Shown here piece after piece: positions 11,989 to 21,501 of a DNA stretch of 64,000 bases. Origin of the DNA: Halioglobus sp. (GTDB lineage Bacteria > Pseudomonadota > Gammaproteobacteria > Pseudomonadales > Halieaceae). The number at the start of each line of letters is the position of its first letter. Positions within the stretch are counted from its first letter, which is position 1. Below the pieces are notes generated by a model that saw nothing but the letters and a program-made list of their open reading frames with translations, was not told where the DNA came from and made no database searches. The stretch covers positions 88 to 64,087 of the forward strand of contig JARFQU010000035.1 of assembly GCA_029287595.1 (NCBI GenBank), in the 5' to 3' direction. The position numbers and the translations under genes are program-made.

Positions 11989-12741
11989 ATGCATATTGCA
12001 CTGGTAAGCCTGTTTCCCGAGATGTTTGCGGCGGTGTCCGAGTACGGTGTAACCGGGCGGGCAGTTAGCGAGGGACTGGTGGTATTAAGCCACTGCAACC
12101 CTCGCGATTACACGCAGGACCGCCATAGGACGGTGGATGACAGGCCCTACGGCGGTGGCCCGGGCATGTTGATGAAGATTGACCCCTTGCGGCAGGCGAT
12201 AGCCGCAGCGAGGGATGCGGTGGGCGAGCGTGCCAGGGTTATTTACCTGTCGCCCCAGGGCCGGCGCCTGGACCATGGCAAGGCGGTGGAGTTGGCGGCT
12301 GAAGACGCGTTGATCCTGGTTGCCGGACGCTACGAAGGCGTAGATGAGCGTCTCATTGAGGCCGAGGTGGATGAGGAACTGTCCATCGGAGATTATGTCT
12401 TAAGTGGCGGCGAACTGGCCGCCATGGTGGTAATCGACACGGTGACGCGCCAGTTGCCGGGCGTATTGGGGCACGAGTTGTCAGCGCAGGAGGATTCACA
12501 TGCTGATGGCCTGCTGGATTGTCCCCACTACACCAGGCCGGAGGAGTACCTGGGTAAGCGGGTACCGGAAATATTACTCAGCGGCGATCACGAAAAGATT
12601 CGCCGCTGGCGCCTGCAGCAGGCGCTGGGCAGAACCTTTGAACGACGCCCGGATTTGTTGCGGGGCAGGGCGATGACGCCCGAGGAACAGGAATTGTTGG
12701 CGCAATACCAGCGCGAGCAGGGATTATTAACTGATAACTAG
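11989..12741 (+). CDS. trmD: tRNA (guanine37-N1)-methyltransferase
   Basis: [13 protein letters not shown]..., [10 protein letters not shown] and [21 protein letters not shown]. Confidence 0.96.
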   Translation: MHIALVSLFPEMFAAVSEYGVTGRAVSEGLVVLSHCNPRDYTQDRHRTVDDRPYGGGPGMLMKIDPLRQAIAAARDAVGERARVIYLSPQGRRLDHGKAVELAAEDALILVAGRYEGVDERLIEAEVDEELSIGDYVLSGGELAAMVVIDTVTRQLPGVLGHELSAQEDSHADGLLDCPHYTRPEEYLGKRVPEILLSGDHEKIRRWRLQQALGRTFERRPDLLRGRAMTPEEQELLAQYQREQGLLTDN

Positions 12742-12777
12742 CTGTGAAGCTATGAACGACACTAACAGGAGCGCACC

Positions 12778-13134
12778 ATGAGCACCAACAAGATCATTTC
12801 CCAGATTGAAGCTGAGCAAATGCAAAAGGAACTCCCTGAGTTCAGCCCCGGTGACACCGTGGTCGTCCAGGTAAAGGTAAAGGAAGGCACCCGCGAGCGT
12901 CTGCAGGCCTTTGAAGGTGTGGTGATCGGCAAGCGCAACCGCGCCCTGAACTCTGCTTTCACTGTGCGCAAGATCTCTCACGGTGTGGGCGTGGAACGTA
13001 CTTTCCAGACCTACAGCCCGCTGGTGGAGAGCATTCAGGTCAAGCGTCGCGGTGACGTGCGCCAGGCCAAGCTCTACTACCTGCGTGAGCTGAGCGGCCG
13101 TGCCGCTCGCATCAAGGAAAAGCTGGCCAACTAG
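12778..13134 (+). CDS. rplS: 50S ribosomal protein L19
   Basis: 118 aa with [12 protein letters not shown]...[18 protein letters not shown] and [14 protein letters not shown]. Confidence 0.97.
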   Translation: MSTNKIISQIEAEQMQKELPEFSPGDTVVVQVKVKEGTRERLQAFEGVVIGKRNRALNSAFTVRKISHGVGVERTFQTYSPLVESIQVKRRGDVRQAKLYYLRELSGRAARIKEKLAN

Positions 13135-13157
13135 GCAGCGCTTCCCCGGCATTTTCC

Positions 13158-13184
13158 AAAGCGGCCCTGGTGGCCGCTTTTTTG
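13158..13184 (+). terminator. Rho-independent terminator of the rpsP operon
   Basis: aaagcggcc-ctggt-ggccgcttt gives a 9-bp stem, followed by TTTT. Confidence 0.8.
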
Positions 13185-13372
13185 TGGGCGTCTTTTTGGT
13201 GCGTAGCGTATTTGCGGGATAGCTGGTTACAGGATCTTTTGCGCCAGGCGGCCAGCTCGATCGCGGTATACACCACTGTGGCCGACCGCCTGGCCTGAAA
13301 GACCCAACCAACTTCAAGGCCAAATCCTCAATACACAACTAACAAACAATCCATTCGTGTTAACGTAGCAAC

Positions 13373-14278
13373 ATGACAGACGATGTTTTAATACACCCCG
13401 AAATCGAGCGTTATATCGATGCCATGTGGATGGAGAAGGGGCTGAGTGACAATACCCTGGTGTCTTACCGGCGCGACCTGAAGCAGTTCGACGACTGGCT
13501 GGGTAAGAACAAGGGCAGCTCCGTGCTGCGCACAGACCGCTCGCAATTGCAGGCGTATCTTGGCGCCAGGCTGGAGCAGGGGCAGTCACAGCGCTCCACT
13601 GCGCGATTTATGTCCTGTATGCGGGGCTTCTACCACTATTTGCTCAGGGAGGGGCGCATTACCGTTGACCCCACCCTGGATGTGGATAGCCCCAAGCTGG
13701 GGCGGCCCTTGCCCAAGTCCCTCTCGGAGGCCGAAGTCGATCGCCTGTTACAGGCGCCGGACCTGGAAGTGGCTCTGGAACATCGCGATCGCACCATGCT
13801 GGAACTGCTGTATGCCTGTGGCTTGCGCGTCAGTGAGCTGACCAGTCTGCAGCTGGTGCAGGTCAGTGTTAACCAGGGCGTGGTGCGGGTATTCGGCAAG
13901 GGTAACAAAGAGCGTCTGGTGCCCATGGGGGAAGAGGCGCTGGACTGGTTGCAACGCTACCTGGCGGGCCCGCGCGGGGAGTTGCTCAAGGGAATTCCCT
14001 GTGATGTACTGTTTCCCAGTCGCCGCGGGCGGCAAATGACTCGCCAGACCTTCTGGTATCGTATTAAAATCTACGCCCAGCGCGCGGGTATCAACAAAGA
14101 CCTGTCTCCCCATACCCTGCGCCATGCCTTTGCCACCCATTTGCTGAATCACGGTGCGGATCTGAGGGTGGTGCAGATGCTATTGGGCCACAGTGATCTC
14201 AGCACCACGCAGATATACACCCATGTGGCCAAGCAGCGCATGCAGGAACTGCACGCGGAGCATCACCCGCGAGGTTAA
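13373..14278 (+). CDS. xerD: Site-specific tyrosine recombinase XerD
   Basis: ACGLRVSEL, HTLRHAFATHLL and LLGHSDLSTTQIYTHV (R-H-R-Y catalytic set). The length is typical of XerD. Confidence 0.93.
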   Translation: MTDDVLIHPEIERYIDAMWMEKGLSDNTLVSYRRDLKQFDDWLGKNKGSSVLRTDRSQLQAYLGARLEQGQSQRSTARFMSCMRGFYHYLLREGRITVDPTLDVDSPKLGRPLPKSLSEAEVDRLLQAPDLEVALEHRDRTMLELLYACGLRVSELTSLQLVQVSVNQGVVRVFGKGNKERLVPMGEEALDWLQRYLAGPRGELLKGIPCDVLFPSRRGRQMTRQTFWYRIKIYAQRAGINKDLSPHTLRHAFATHLLNHGADLRVVQMLLGHSDLSTTQIYTHVAKQRMQELHAEHHPRG

Positions 14279-14360
14279 GGAACTAAAACGGCACCGGCCG
14301 TTCCAATGGACGAACGGTGAATCAACCGGCGGGAATCGACCGCCCATGCAGAGGAAAAAC

Positions 14361-15113
14361 ATGATGTTTCGAGTAATGACAAGGGCGCTGGTCGCCGCGC
14401 TGGGCCTGTTGGCCCCCCTGGTATTTGCGGGCGAGCCGGTGGATCAGGCCCTGCAGGACAAATTGCGCGCCAAACTCGAAGTGCCGGCCATGGGCCTGAA
14501 GGTTGAGAGCGTTACTGCCAGTGAGCTGCCCGGCCTGTACCAGGTGCAGTTCGCCAACGGCGGCCCCCTGGTCTACGCCACGGCAAGTGGCGATCATTTC
14601 CTTCTCGGTGACCTCTACCAGGTGGGACCTGAGGGCTATGTCAATCTGGCAGAGCAGCGCCGTGACGGAGAGCGCAAAGAAAAGGTGGATGCCATAGCCG
14701 AAGAAGACATGATCGTGTTTTCGCCCGAGGGTGAGCCGCGCGCTTATATCACCGTCTTTACCGATGTGACCTGTTTTTACTGCCAGAAACTGCACCGCGA
14801 AGTGCCCGCGCTCAACAAACAGGGTGTGGAAGTGCGCTACCTGGCCTATCCGCGGGCGGGTGTAGACTCGGACGGCTATCGCCAGTTGGCCAGCGCCTGG
14901 TGTGCGGACAATCCCCAGGATACTCTCACCAGGCTGAAAAATAAGGAAACGGTGACCGCCAAGGCCTGTGACGAGAACCCGATCGCGCAGCAGTACCTCC
15001 TGGGTCAGCAACTGGGCGTGCGCGGCACTCCCGCCATTATCACCCAGAGTGGTCAGATGATTCCCGGTTACCAGTCTGCAGATGAACTGATGGTGACGCT
15101 GGGCCTCAACTGA
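14361..15113 (+). CDS. dsbC: Thiol:disulfide interchange protein DsbC
   Basis: Signal peptide MMFRVMTRALVAALGLLAPLVFA and thioredoxin motif FTDVTCFYCQKLH. GAGGA lies 5 nt upstream of ATG 14361. The track start 14193 overlaps xerD and is rejected. Confidence 0.88.
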   Translation: MMFRVMTRALVAALGLLAPLVFAGEPVDQALQDKLRAKLEVPAMGLKVESVTASELPGLYQVQFANGGPLVYATASGDHFLLGDLYQVGPEGYVNLAEQRRDGERKEKVDAIAEEDMIVFSPEGEPRAYITVFTDVTCFYCQKLHREVPALNKQGVEVRYLAYPRAGVDSDGYRQLASAWCADNPQDTLTRLKNKETVTAKACDENPIAQQYLLGQQLGVRGTPAIITQSGQMIPGYQSADELMVTLGLN

Positions 15114-15118
15114 GTATA

Positions 15119-15137
15119 AAGGCCCGGCCCGGGCCTT
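15119..15137 (+). terminator. GC-rich hairpin after dsbC (weak terminator candidate)
   Basis: aaggcccg-gcc-cgggcctt gives an 8-bp stem with a 3-nt loop. No clear T-run follows. Confidence 0.25.
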
Positions 15138-15278
15138 ACCCTATTGGGCGGCATCAATAGCGTCAATATTGCCTGCTGTAGCGCTGCTGCGTTGACAGTT
15201 TGGGGCTGACTCAGTACTGTTTGCCACCTTTTTAAGTGACCGCGCCCCGTCAGGGGCGCTCAGCAGGCCCGGTGTAAC

Positions 15279-16469
15279 GTGGACGACCAGTTTCGGCGTA
15301 TTGAACGCCTCCCCCCGTATGTTTTCAATATTATCGGCGACCTGAAGCAGCAGGCCAGGGCCGCGGGCGAAGATATTATCGATTTCGGCATGGGTAACCC
15401 CGATCAGCCTACCCCCGCCCATATTGTCGACAAGATGATAGAAACCGCCCAGCGCGGAGATACCCATCGCTACTCCCAGTCCAAGGGCATCCCGCGCCTG
15501 CGTAAGGCCATCTGCGACTGGTACCAGCGTCGCTATGATGTGACCCTGGATCCCGCATCCGAGGCCATTGTCACCCTGGGTTCCAAGGAGGGGCTGGCGC
15601 ACCTGGCACTGGCTACTACAGGCCCGGGCGACGCTATTCTGGTGCCGAATCCCTCCTATCCTATTCACCCTTACGGTTTTGTGATTTCCGGAGCGGATAT
15701 TCGGCATGTGCCCATGGGCGAGGACGAGAACGCGTTCTTCGACGAGTTGGAAAAGGCGATTCATAACAGCTGGCCGAGGCCCAAGATGCTGGTGCTGAAT
15801 TTCCCCTCTAATCCCACAGCCCATTGCGTCGAGTTGGAGTTCTACGAAAAAGTCGTCGCCATTGCCAGGGAGCACTCCATCTGGGTCGTGCAGGACCTGG
15901 CTTACGCGGATCTTTGTTACGACGGTTACGTGGCGCCTTCTATTTTACAGGTGGAGGGGGCGCGGGACGTGGCGGTGGAATTCTTCAGCATGTCCAAGAG
16001 CTATAATATGCCGGGTTGGCGCGTGGGCTTTTGCTGTGGCAACAGGGTTTTGGTAGGTGCCCTGGCGCGCATCAAATCCTATCTGGATTACGGCATGTTC
16101 ACCCCGATTCAGGTGGCGGCGATCGCGGCACTGGAAGGCGACCAATCCTGCGTGTCGGAAATCAACGCCATGTACCAGTCGCGCAGGGATGTGTTGTGCA
16201 ATGGGTTGAACGCCGCCGGTTGGCCGGTTAAACCGCCCCGTGCCACCATGTTTGTATGGGCCCGCGTGCCGGAGTTTTATCGCCACATGGGTTCCCTGGA
16301 ATTCAGTAAGAAACTGCTGGCAGAGTCCCAGGTTGCGGTTTCTCCGGGTATTGGTTTTGGCGAATACGGCGAGGATTATGTACGCTTTGGCCTGATCGAG
16401 AATGAACACCGGACACGCCAGGCGATTCGCAACATAAAGCGTATGATCAAGAACGACGGCTTCGCCTGA
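15279..16469 (+). CDS. Class I/II PLP-dependent aminotransferase (AlaC-like)
   Basis: [23 protein letters not shown]-like FPSNPTA and PLP-Lys motif [17 protein letters not shown] start. Confidence 0.88.
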   Translation: MDDQFRRIERLPPYVFNIIGDLKQQARAAGEDIIDFGMGNPDQPTPAHIVDKMIETAQRGDTHRYSQSKGIPRLRKAICDWYQRRYDVTLDPASEAIVTLGSKEGLAHLALATTGPGDAILVPNPSYPIHPYGFVISGADIRHVPMGEDENAFFDELEKAIHNSWPRPKMLVLNFPSNPTAHCVELEFYEKVVAIAREHSIWVVQDLAYADLCYDGYVAPSILQVEGARDVAVEFFSMSKSYNMPGWRVGFCCGNRVLVGALARIKSYLDYGMFTPIQVAAIAALEGDQSCVSEINAMYQSRRDVLCNGLNAAGWPVKPPRATMFVWARVPEFYRHMGSLEFSKKLLAESQVAVSPGIGFGEYGEDYVRFGLIENEHRTRQAIRNIKRMIKNDGFA

Positions 16470-16506
16470 GCGCGAGCGCTATTAAAGGTTATTCTCAAAT
16501 ACAGGT

Positions 16507-17820
16507 ATGAGTTTGAAACCAGTCAAAATAGGAATCTGCGGTCTTGGCACCGTTGGGGCGGGCACCTTCAATGTGCTGTCCAGAAACGCACAATCGATAG
16601 CCGCTCGCGCCCAGGCAGTGCTGCAGGTTGTTCATGTGGGTGCGCGGCGGGACAATCCCGATTGCGCCCTGGGTGATACTCGCGTCAGTCGGGATATTTT
16701 CGATGTGGCGCGCGATCCCGAGGTGGATATCCTGGTGGAGCTGATCGGCGGCACCACGGTGGCTCGCGAACTTACCGAGGAAGCGATCCGCAATGGCAAG
16801 CACGTGGTGACGGCCAACAAGGCACTGATCGCCGAGTTCGGTAACGAGATTTTTGCCCTGGCGGAAGAGCACGGGGTGAGCGTGCGATTCGAGGCGGCTG
16901 TGGCGGGTGGCATTCCGATTATCAAGGCCCTGCGAGAGGGGCTGGCGGGTAATCGCATCGAGTGGCTGGCGGGTATTATCAACGGCACCGGCAACTTCAT
17001 TCTGAGTGAGATGCGCGAAAAGGGCCGGGATTTTGCTGACGTGCTGGCGCAAGCACAGGACCTGGGTTATGCGGAAGCGGACCCGACCTTTGACGTGGAA
17101 GGGATAGATGCCGCACACAAGTTGGTGATTCTCGCATCCCTGGCCTTTGGCATGCCCCTGCAGTTTGCAGCGGTTTATACCGAGGGCATTAGCCGCCTGA
17201 CGACCCAGGATGTGGATTACGCCGAGGAGTTGGGTTACCGCATCAAGCACCTGGGTGTGGCCAAGCAAAATGGCGACGGTGTCGAGTTGCGGGTGCACCC
17301 CACACTGATTCCCGAGCAGCGTTTGTTGGCGAACGTCAACGGGGTCATGAACGCGGTGCTGGTGGAGGGAGATGCGGTAGGCCCTACGCTTTACTATGGT
17401 GCCGGAGCAGGGGCCGAGCCCACCGCGTCAGCCGTGGTTGCCGACCTGGTAGACCTGGCGCGGGATCTGGCTGCGGGGCAGTCCAATCGTGTGCCGGCAC
17501 TGGGTTTTGCCCGGGAGCAGTTGCGCGACCTGCCCGTTGTGCCCATGGCCCAGGTTGTCACTCCCTGGTACCTGCGCATGGAGGCCGAGGATAAGCCCGG
17601 TGTTTTGTCCGCGGTGGCGAGCCTGTTCAGTGAACAGGGTATCAGTATAGAAGCCCTGATCCAGAAAGCTCCGGCGGAGGGCGAGACCCGCGTGCCCCTG
17701 ATTGTGCTGACCAACAGGGCGGCCCAGGGCAGTGTCGATGCGGCAGTGCAGGCGATTGAGGCACTGGATTCTATCACCGGCGAGATTACCCGTATTCGGG
17801 TAGAAGCACTGGACGGTTAA
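16507..17820 (+). CDS. hom: Homoserine dehydrogenase
   Basis: N-terminal GICGLGTVGAG NAD fold, VVTANKALIA, and a C-terminal ACT domain (YLRMEAEDKPGVLSAVASLF). Confidence 0.95.
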   Translation: MSLKPVKIGICGLGTVGAGTFNVLSRNAQSIAARAQAVLQVVHVGARRDNPDCALGDTRVSRDIFDVARDPEVDILVELIGGTTVARELTEEAIRNGKHVVTANKALIAEFGNEIFALAEEHGVSVRFEAAVAGGIPIIKALREGLAGNRIEWLAGIINGTGNFILSEMREKGRDFADVLAQAQDLGYAEADPTFDVEGIDAAHKLVILASLAFGMPLQFAAVYTEGISRLTTQDVDYAEELGYRIKHLGVAKQNGDGVELRVHPTLIPEQRLLANVNGVMNAVLVEGDAVGPTLYYGAGAGAEPTASAVVADLVDLARDLAAGQSNRVPALGFAREQLRDLPVVPMAQVVTPWYLRMEAEDKPGVLSAVASLFSEQGISIEALIQKAPAEGETRVPLIVLTNRAAQGSVDAAVQAIEALDSITGEITRIRVEALDG

Positions 17821-17825
17821 GCGCT

Positions 17826-19223
17826 ATGAAATATATCAGTACCCGGGGGGAAGCCCCCGCCCTCAACTTCGAGGAGGTCCTGCTGACCGGGCTGGCCTCC
17901 GATGGCGGCCTGTATGTGCCGGAGCATTTGCCCACTTTCAGCCGCGAGGAGATCGCGGAGATGGCCGGTATGGATTACCCGCAGCTAGCCGGAAAAATCA
18001 TCACTCCTTTTGTTGATGACTGTATTCCTGCGGATGACCTGAAGGAGATCCTGAACGAGACCTACGCCGAGTTTCGTCACAACGCCGTGGCGCCCCTGGT
18101 ACAGATCGATGCCAATCAATGGGTGCTGGAGCTGTTTCACGGTCCTACCCTGGCGTTCAAGGACTTTGCCCTGCAACTGCTTGGCCGCCTGTTGGATTAT
18201 GTACTGGAGCGCAAGCACCAGAAAGTGGTGATCATGGGAGCGACCTCGGGTGATACCGGTTCCGCTGCCATTGAGGGCTGTAAACGCTGCCACAATATCG
18301 ACATCTTCATCCTGCATCCTCACCAGCGGGTGTCAGAGGTGCAACGTCGCCAGATGACGACTGTTGCCGGTGACAATATCCACAACCTGGCGGTGGCGGG
18401 CAACTTTGATGATTGTCAGGCCATGGTCAAGGCGAGCTTTGGTGATCGCAGTTTCCTCCCCGAAGATCGCAGCCTGGTGGCTGTCAACTCAATCAACTGG
18501 GCGCGTATCATGGCCCAGATTGTTTACTACTTCTACGCCGCGGTCGCCCTGGGTGCGCCGGCACGCCCGGTCGCATTTTCCGTGCCCACAGGTAACTTTG
18601 GCGATATTTTCGCGGGTTACCTGGCGCGGCAGATGGGCCTGCCGGTAGAGCAACTGATCATAGCCACGAACCGTAACGATGTACTGCATCGCGCGCTGAC
18701 GACCAATACCTATGGCCGTCAGTCCCTGGAGCACACCCTGTCTCCCAGCATGGATATCACGGTATCCAGTAATTTCGAACGCCTGTTGTTTGACCTGTAC
18801 CAGCGCGATGGCGCGGCCATCGCCGATCTGATGCGGCGCTTCGACCATGGGGATATCGATTTCAACGCCGCCGCTATGGAGCAGGCCCGCAGTTTGTTCA
18901 GCAGTCAGTGCGTCAGCGACGAGGAGACCTGCCTGCAGATTGCCAATACCTGGCAGGAATGCGAATACCTGCTGGACCCCCACAGCGCCATCGGCGTAAA
19001 AGCGGCCCTGGAGTCGGGCCTGCCTCCCGAAGTGCCGGTGGTGACCCTGGCGACGGCTCACCCCGCGAAGTTCCCGGATGCGATAAAAGCAGCGATTGCA
19101 GGTCATGAAGTGTCGTTGCCGCTGCATTTGAGCGATCTGTTTTCGCGTGAAGAGCGCTTTTCCGTACTGCCCAATGAGCTGGCTGCGGTGCAAGCCTTCA
19201 TGACGGAAAATATCAACGCCTGA
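17826..19223 (+). CDS. thrC: Threonine synthase
   Basis: HGPTLAFKDFALQ (PLP Lys), ATSGDTGSAA and PTGNFGDI. Confidence 0.95.
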   Translation: MKYISTRGEAPALNFEEVLLTGLASDGGLYVPEHLPTFSREEIAEMAGMDYPQLAGKIITPFVDDCIPADDLKEILNETYAEFRHNAVAPLVQIDANQWVLELFHGPTLAFKDFALQLLGRLLDYVLERKHQKVVIMGATSGDTGSAAIEGCKRCHNIDIFILHPHQRVSEVQRRQMTTVAGDNIHNLAVAGNFDDCQAMVKASFGDRSFLPEDRSLVAVNSINWARIMAQIVYYFYAAVALGAPARPVAFSVPTGNFGDIFAGYLARQMGLPVEQLIIATNRNDVLHRALTTNTYGRQSLEHTLSPSMDITVSSNFERLLFDLYQRDGAAIADLMRRFDHGDIDFNAAAMEQARSLFSSQCVSDEETCLQIANTWQECEYLLDPHSAIGVKAALESGLPPEVPVVTLATAHPAKFPDAIKAAIAGHEVSLPLHLSDLFSREERFSVLPNELAAVQAFMTENINA

Positions 19224-19240
19224 CGGGCGCGGGCGCCGGG

Positions 19241-20974
19241 GTGCAGAAAATCATTCGCAGGCGCGACCCCGTCACCACCGAGCTGTCGGATGGGTCCTCT
19301 GTTCATCCCCTGCTCGCGCGGGTGTACGCCGGTCGCGGCGTGAGCTGCGCCGAACAGTTAAACCTCGCTTTGGATCAGTTACTACCGCCCGAGGGCCTGC
19401 TCAACGCGCACTTGGCGGCTGCACTGCTTGCCGACGCGCTGGCAGGCGATAAGAAAATACTGGTGGTTGGCGATTTTGATGCCGACGGCGCAACCAGTAC
19501 CACCCTGGCGGTAAGCGCGTTGCGGGCATTCGGTGCCGCCCGGGTCGATTTCCTGGTTCCCAATCGCTTTGAATACGGCTATGGGCTGACGCCGGAAATT
19601 GTGGCCCTGGCGGCTCGGGAGCAACCGGACCTCATTATCACGGTGGACAATGGCATCTCCAGCCTGGAGGGGGTGGAGGCGGCCCGCGAGCTGGGTATCG
19701 CCACGCTGATAACCGATCACCACCTGGCCGGGCGCGAATTGCCGCAGGCGGATGTCATTGTCAATCCCAACCAACCTGGCTGTACCTTCGCCAGTAAGAA
19801 CCTGGCGGGTGTGGGAGTGATCTTCTACGTCATGCTGGCGCTGCGCGCCGAGCTGCGCTCGCGCAACTGGTTTGACTCACGTCCCCAGGTCAACCTCGGC
19901 CACTACCTGGACCTGGTGGCGCTGGGTACCGTGGCTGATGTGGTACCCCTGGACTACAACAATCGCATATTGGTCGCCGCGGGACTGGCGCGTATTCGCG
20001 CCGGCCAGGCCCGCCCCGGAATTCACGCACTGCTGGAAGTGGGCTCGCGGCCCTACCGCTCCGTGGTGGCGTCCGATCTGGGCTTTGCCGTTGGCCCGCG
20101 CATTAATGCGGCGGGTCGATTGGAGGACATGTCCATCGGCATTGGCTGCTTGCTCAGCGAAGATATGGCCGAGGCCGCTGCTCTGGCCGGGCGCTTGCAA
20201 CAACTCAACCTGGACCGCCGGGTGATTGAGCAAGGCATGCAGGATGAGGCTTTGCAAATACTTGCAAAGCTGCCACTGCAGGCGGAACAGGAGCCGCCGC
20301 TGGCCATGACTCTGTACCAGAGTGGTTGGCACCAGGGTGTTATCGGTATACTGGCATCGCGTATCAAGGACCGCCTGCACCGCCCTGTAATCGCTTTTGC
20401 CGATGGCGACCCGGGTCAGATCAAGGGATCCGCACGTTCCATTCCCGGCATTCATATCCGCGACATTCTCGATGCAGTCGCCACCCGGCATCCGGGATTG
20501 ATCAGCAAATTCGGTGGCCATGCCATGGCGGCGGGATTGACCCTGCCGCTGGAAGCCTACGATGCTTTCGCCACAGCCTTCACCGAGGAGGTCGCCCGGC
20601 ATGCGCAGGACGTGGAGTTACAGGCGGTGATTGCTTCCGATGGAGAACTGTCGGAAAGGGATTTCCAGCTCGAGCTGGCCAATGAGTTGCGCTACGCCGG
20701 TCCCTGGGGACAGCACTTTCCCGAGCCGGTATTCGACGGCCGCTTCACGATTGTCAGCCAGCGGCTGGTGGGGGAGAAACACCTCAAGCTGGTACTCTCG
20801 CCCCCGGGCAGTGCCCGGGTACTGGATGCTATCGCGTTCAATGTGGATCTCGATATCTGGCCCGACCAGGCCATCGAGCAAATCGACATTGCCTACCGCC
20901 TGGACGTGAACGAATTTCGCGGTCAGCGGACGGTGCAACTGGTGGTTGAGCACCTGGTTCCAGTTCGCTCCTAG
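19241..20974 (+). CDS. recJ: Single-stranded-DNA-specific exonuclease RecJ
   Basis: DHH motifs VGDFDADGATS, TVDNG and ITDHH, plus DHHA1 GGHAMAAG. GTG start. The N-terminus aligns with E. coli RecJ (LLARVYAGRGV). Confidence 0.95.
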   Translation: MQKIIRRRDPVTTELSDGSSVHPLLARVYAGRGVSCAEQLNLALDQLLPPEGLLNAHLAAALLADALAGDKKILVVGDFDADGATSTTLAVSALRAFGAARVDFLVPNRFEYGYGLTPEIVALAAREQPDLIITVDNGISSLEGVEAARELGIATLITDHHLAGRELPQADVIVNPNQPGCTFASKNLAGVGVIFYVMLALRAELRSRNWFDSRPQVNLGHYLDLVALGTVADVVPLDYNNRILVAAGLARIRAGQARPGIHALLEVGSRPYRSVVASDLGFAVGPRINAAGRLEDMSIGIGCLLSEDMAEAAALAGRLQQLNLDRRVIEQGMQDEALQILAKLPLQAEQEPPLAMTLYQSGWHQGVIGILASRIKDRLHRPVIAFADGDPGQIKGSARSIPGIHIRDILDAVATRHPGLISKFGGHAMAAGLTLPLEAYDAFATAFTEEVARHAQDVELQAVIASDGELSERDFQLELANELRYAGPWGQHFPEPVFDGRFTIVSQRLVGEKHLKLVLSPPGSARVLDAIAFNVDLDIWPDQAIEQIDIAYRLDVNEFRGQRTVQLVVEHLVPVRS

Positions 20975-21070
20975 CGGTTCCGGGTGGGAAGGTATTGTTC
21001 AGTCTAGCGGTTCCGGGTGGGACAGTGTTTTTCAGTCTAGCGGTCCCGCGCGGGAAAGTGTTTCTCAGTC
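20972..21070 (+). repeat. Three tandem 33-bp direct repeats, the first beginning at the recJ stop codon
   Basis: Units: tagcggttccgggtgggaaggtattgttcagtc / tagcggttccgggtgggacagtgtttttcagtc / tagcggtcccgcgcgggaaagtgtttctcagtc. Each starts with TAG in the recJ frame, since 33 = 11 codons. Confidence 0.9.
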
Positions 21071-21108
21071 GCTCCACGATATTCGCTTGGTGAGAAACAC
21101 TTTCCCGC
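21050..21108. repeat. Palindromic element 1: 18-bp perfect inverted arms around a 23-nt core
   Basis: gcgggaaagtgtttctca [gtcgctccacgatattcgcttgg] tgagaaacactttcccgc. The left arm is the end of tandem unit 3. Confidence 0.85.
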
Positions 21109-21211
21109 CCGCTCCCTCGTATGTGCTTATCCTTTCCAATCGCGGAATTGAATAAAGGACGCCGTTGTGGCCTCTTATTTCCTCAGTATGGGTTGGAGCT
21201 TCACAATTCCA

Positions 21212-21286
21212 GGGTCCGGGCGAAAACAAATTTTTCACCAAGCGAATATCGTTGAGCGACTGAAAAACTTGTTTTCGCCCGGACCC
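21212..21286. repeat. Palindromic element 2: 26-bp inverted arms (25/26) around the same 23-nt core in opposite orientation
   Basis: gggtccgggcgaaaacaaatttttca [ccaagcgaatatcgttgagcgac] tgaaaaacttgttttcgcccggaccc. The core is the reverse complement of the element-1 core with 1 mismatch. Confidence 0.85.
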
Positions 21287-21299
21287 GCTGGCCGACACC

Positions 21300-21335
21300 A
21301 AACCCAAATCCAAACCCAAACCCAAACCCAAAACC
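21300..21335. repeat. Hexanucleotide microsatellite (AAACCC)n, six units
   Basis: aaaccc aaatcc aaaccc aaaccc aaaccc aaaacc, read directly. Confidence 0.9.
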
Positions 21336-21501
21336 AGAAAGCATCCAATAACAGAATATTTCTATAATTGCCCGAGCACCCCGTAGTCAGACAATAGAAA
21401 TGAAACACATAGCGATATGCCTGGCAGCGGGAAAATGACGCGTTTCCTAACTGCCGCGGCTACGGTAAAATGCGCGGCTTTTCACGGAACTGGCCAGACA
21501 G

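Noticed and set aside
15141-15875. 244-aa minus-strand ORF.
   Set aside because: It is antisense to the well-supported aminotransferase gene and has no motifs.
20972-21070. Possible CRISPR array (three ~33-bp direct repeats).
   Set aside because: The repeats are directly abutting with no spacers, and no cas genes are present. It is a tandem duplication, not CRISPR.
20838-21367. Short ORFs across the recJ-prfB spacer (20838..21077 -, 20946..21155 +, 21065..21331 -, 21167..21367 +).
   Set aside because: They are generated by the repeat and palindrome sequence (repetitive PPGTARL-type or QTQTQ translations). They have no RBS and overlap one another on both strands.
21453-21484. gccgcg-N14-cgcggc hairpin followed by TTTT just upstream of the prfB ATG (possible attenuator or terminator of an upstream small transcript).
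   Set aside because: The stem is only 6 bp with a 14-nt loop, and I could not identify an upstream transcript or leader peptide with confidence (only a 12-codon MKHIAICLAAGK ORF). It is too weak to call.
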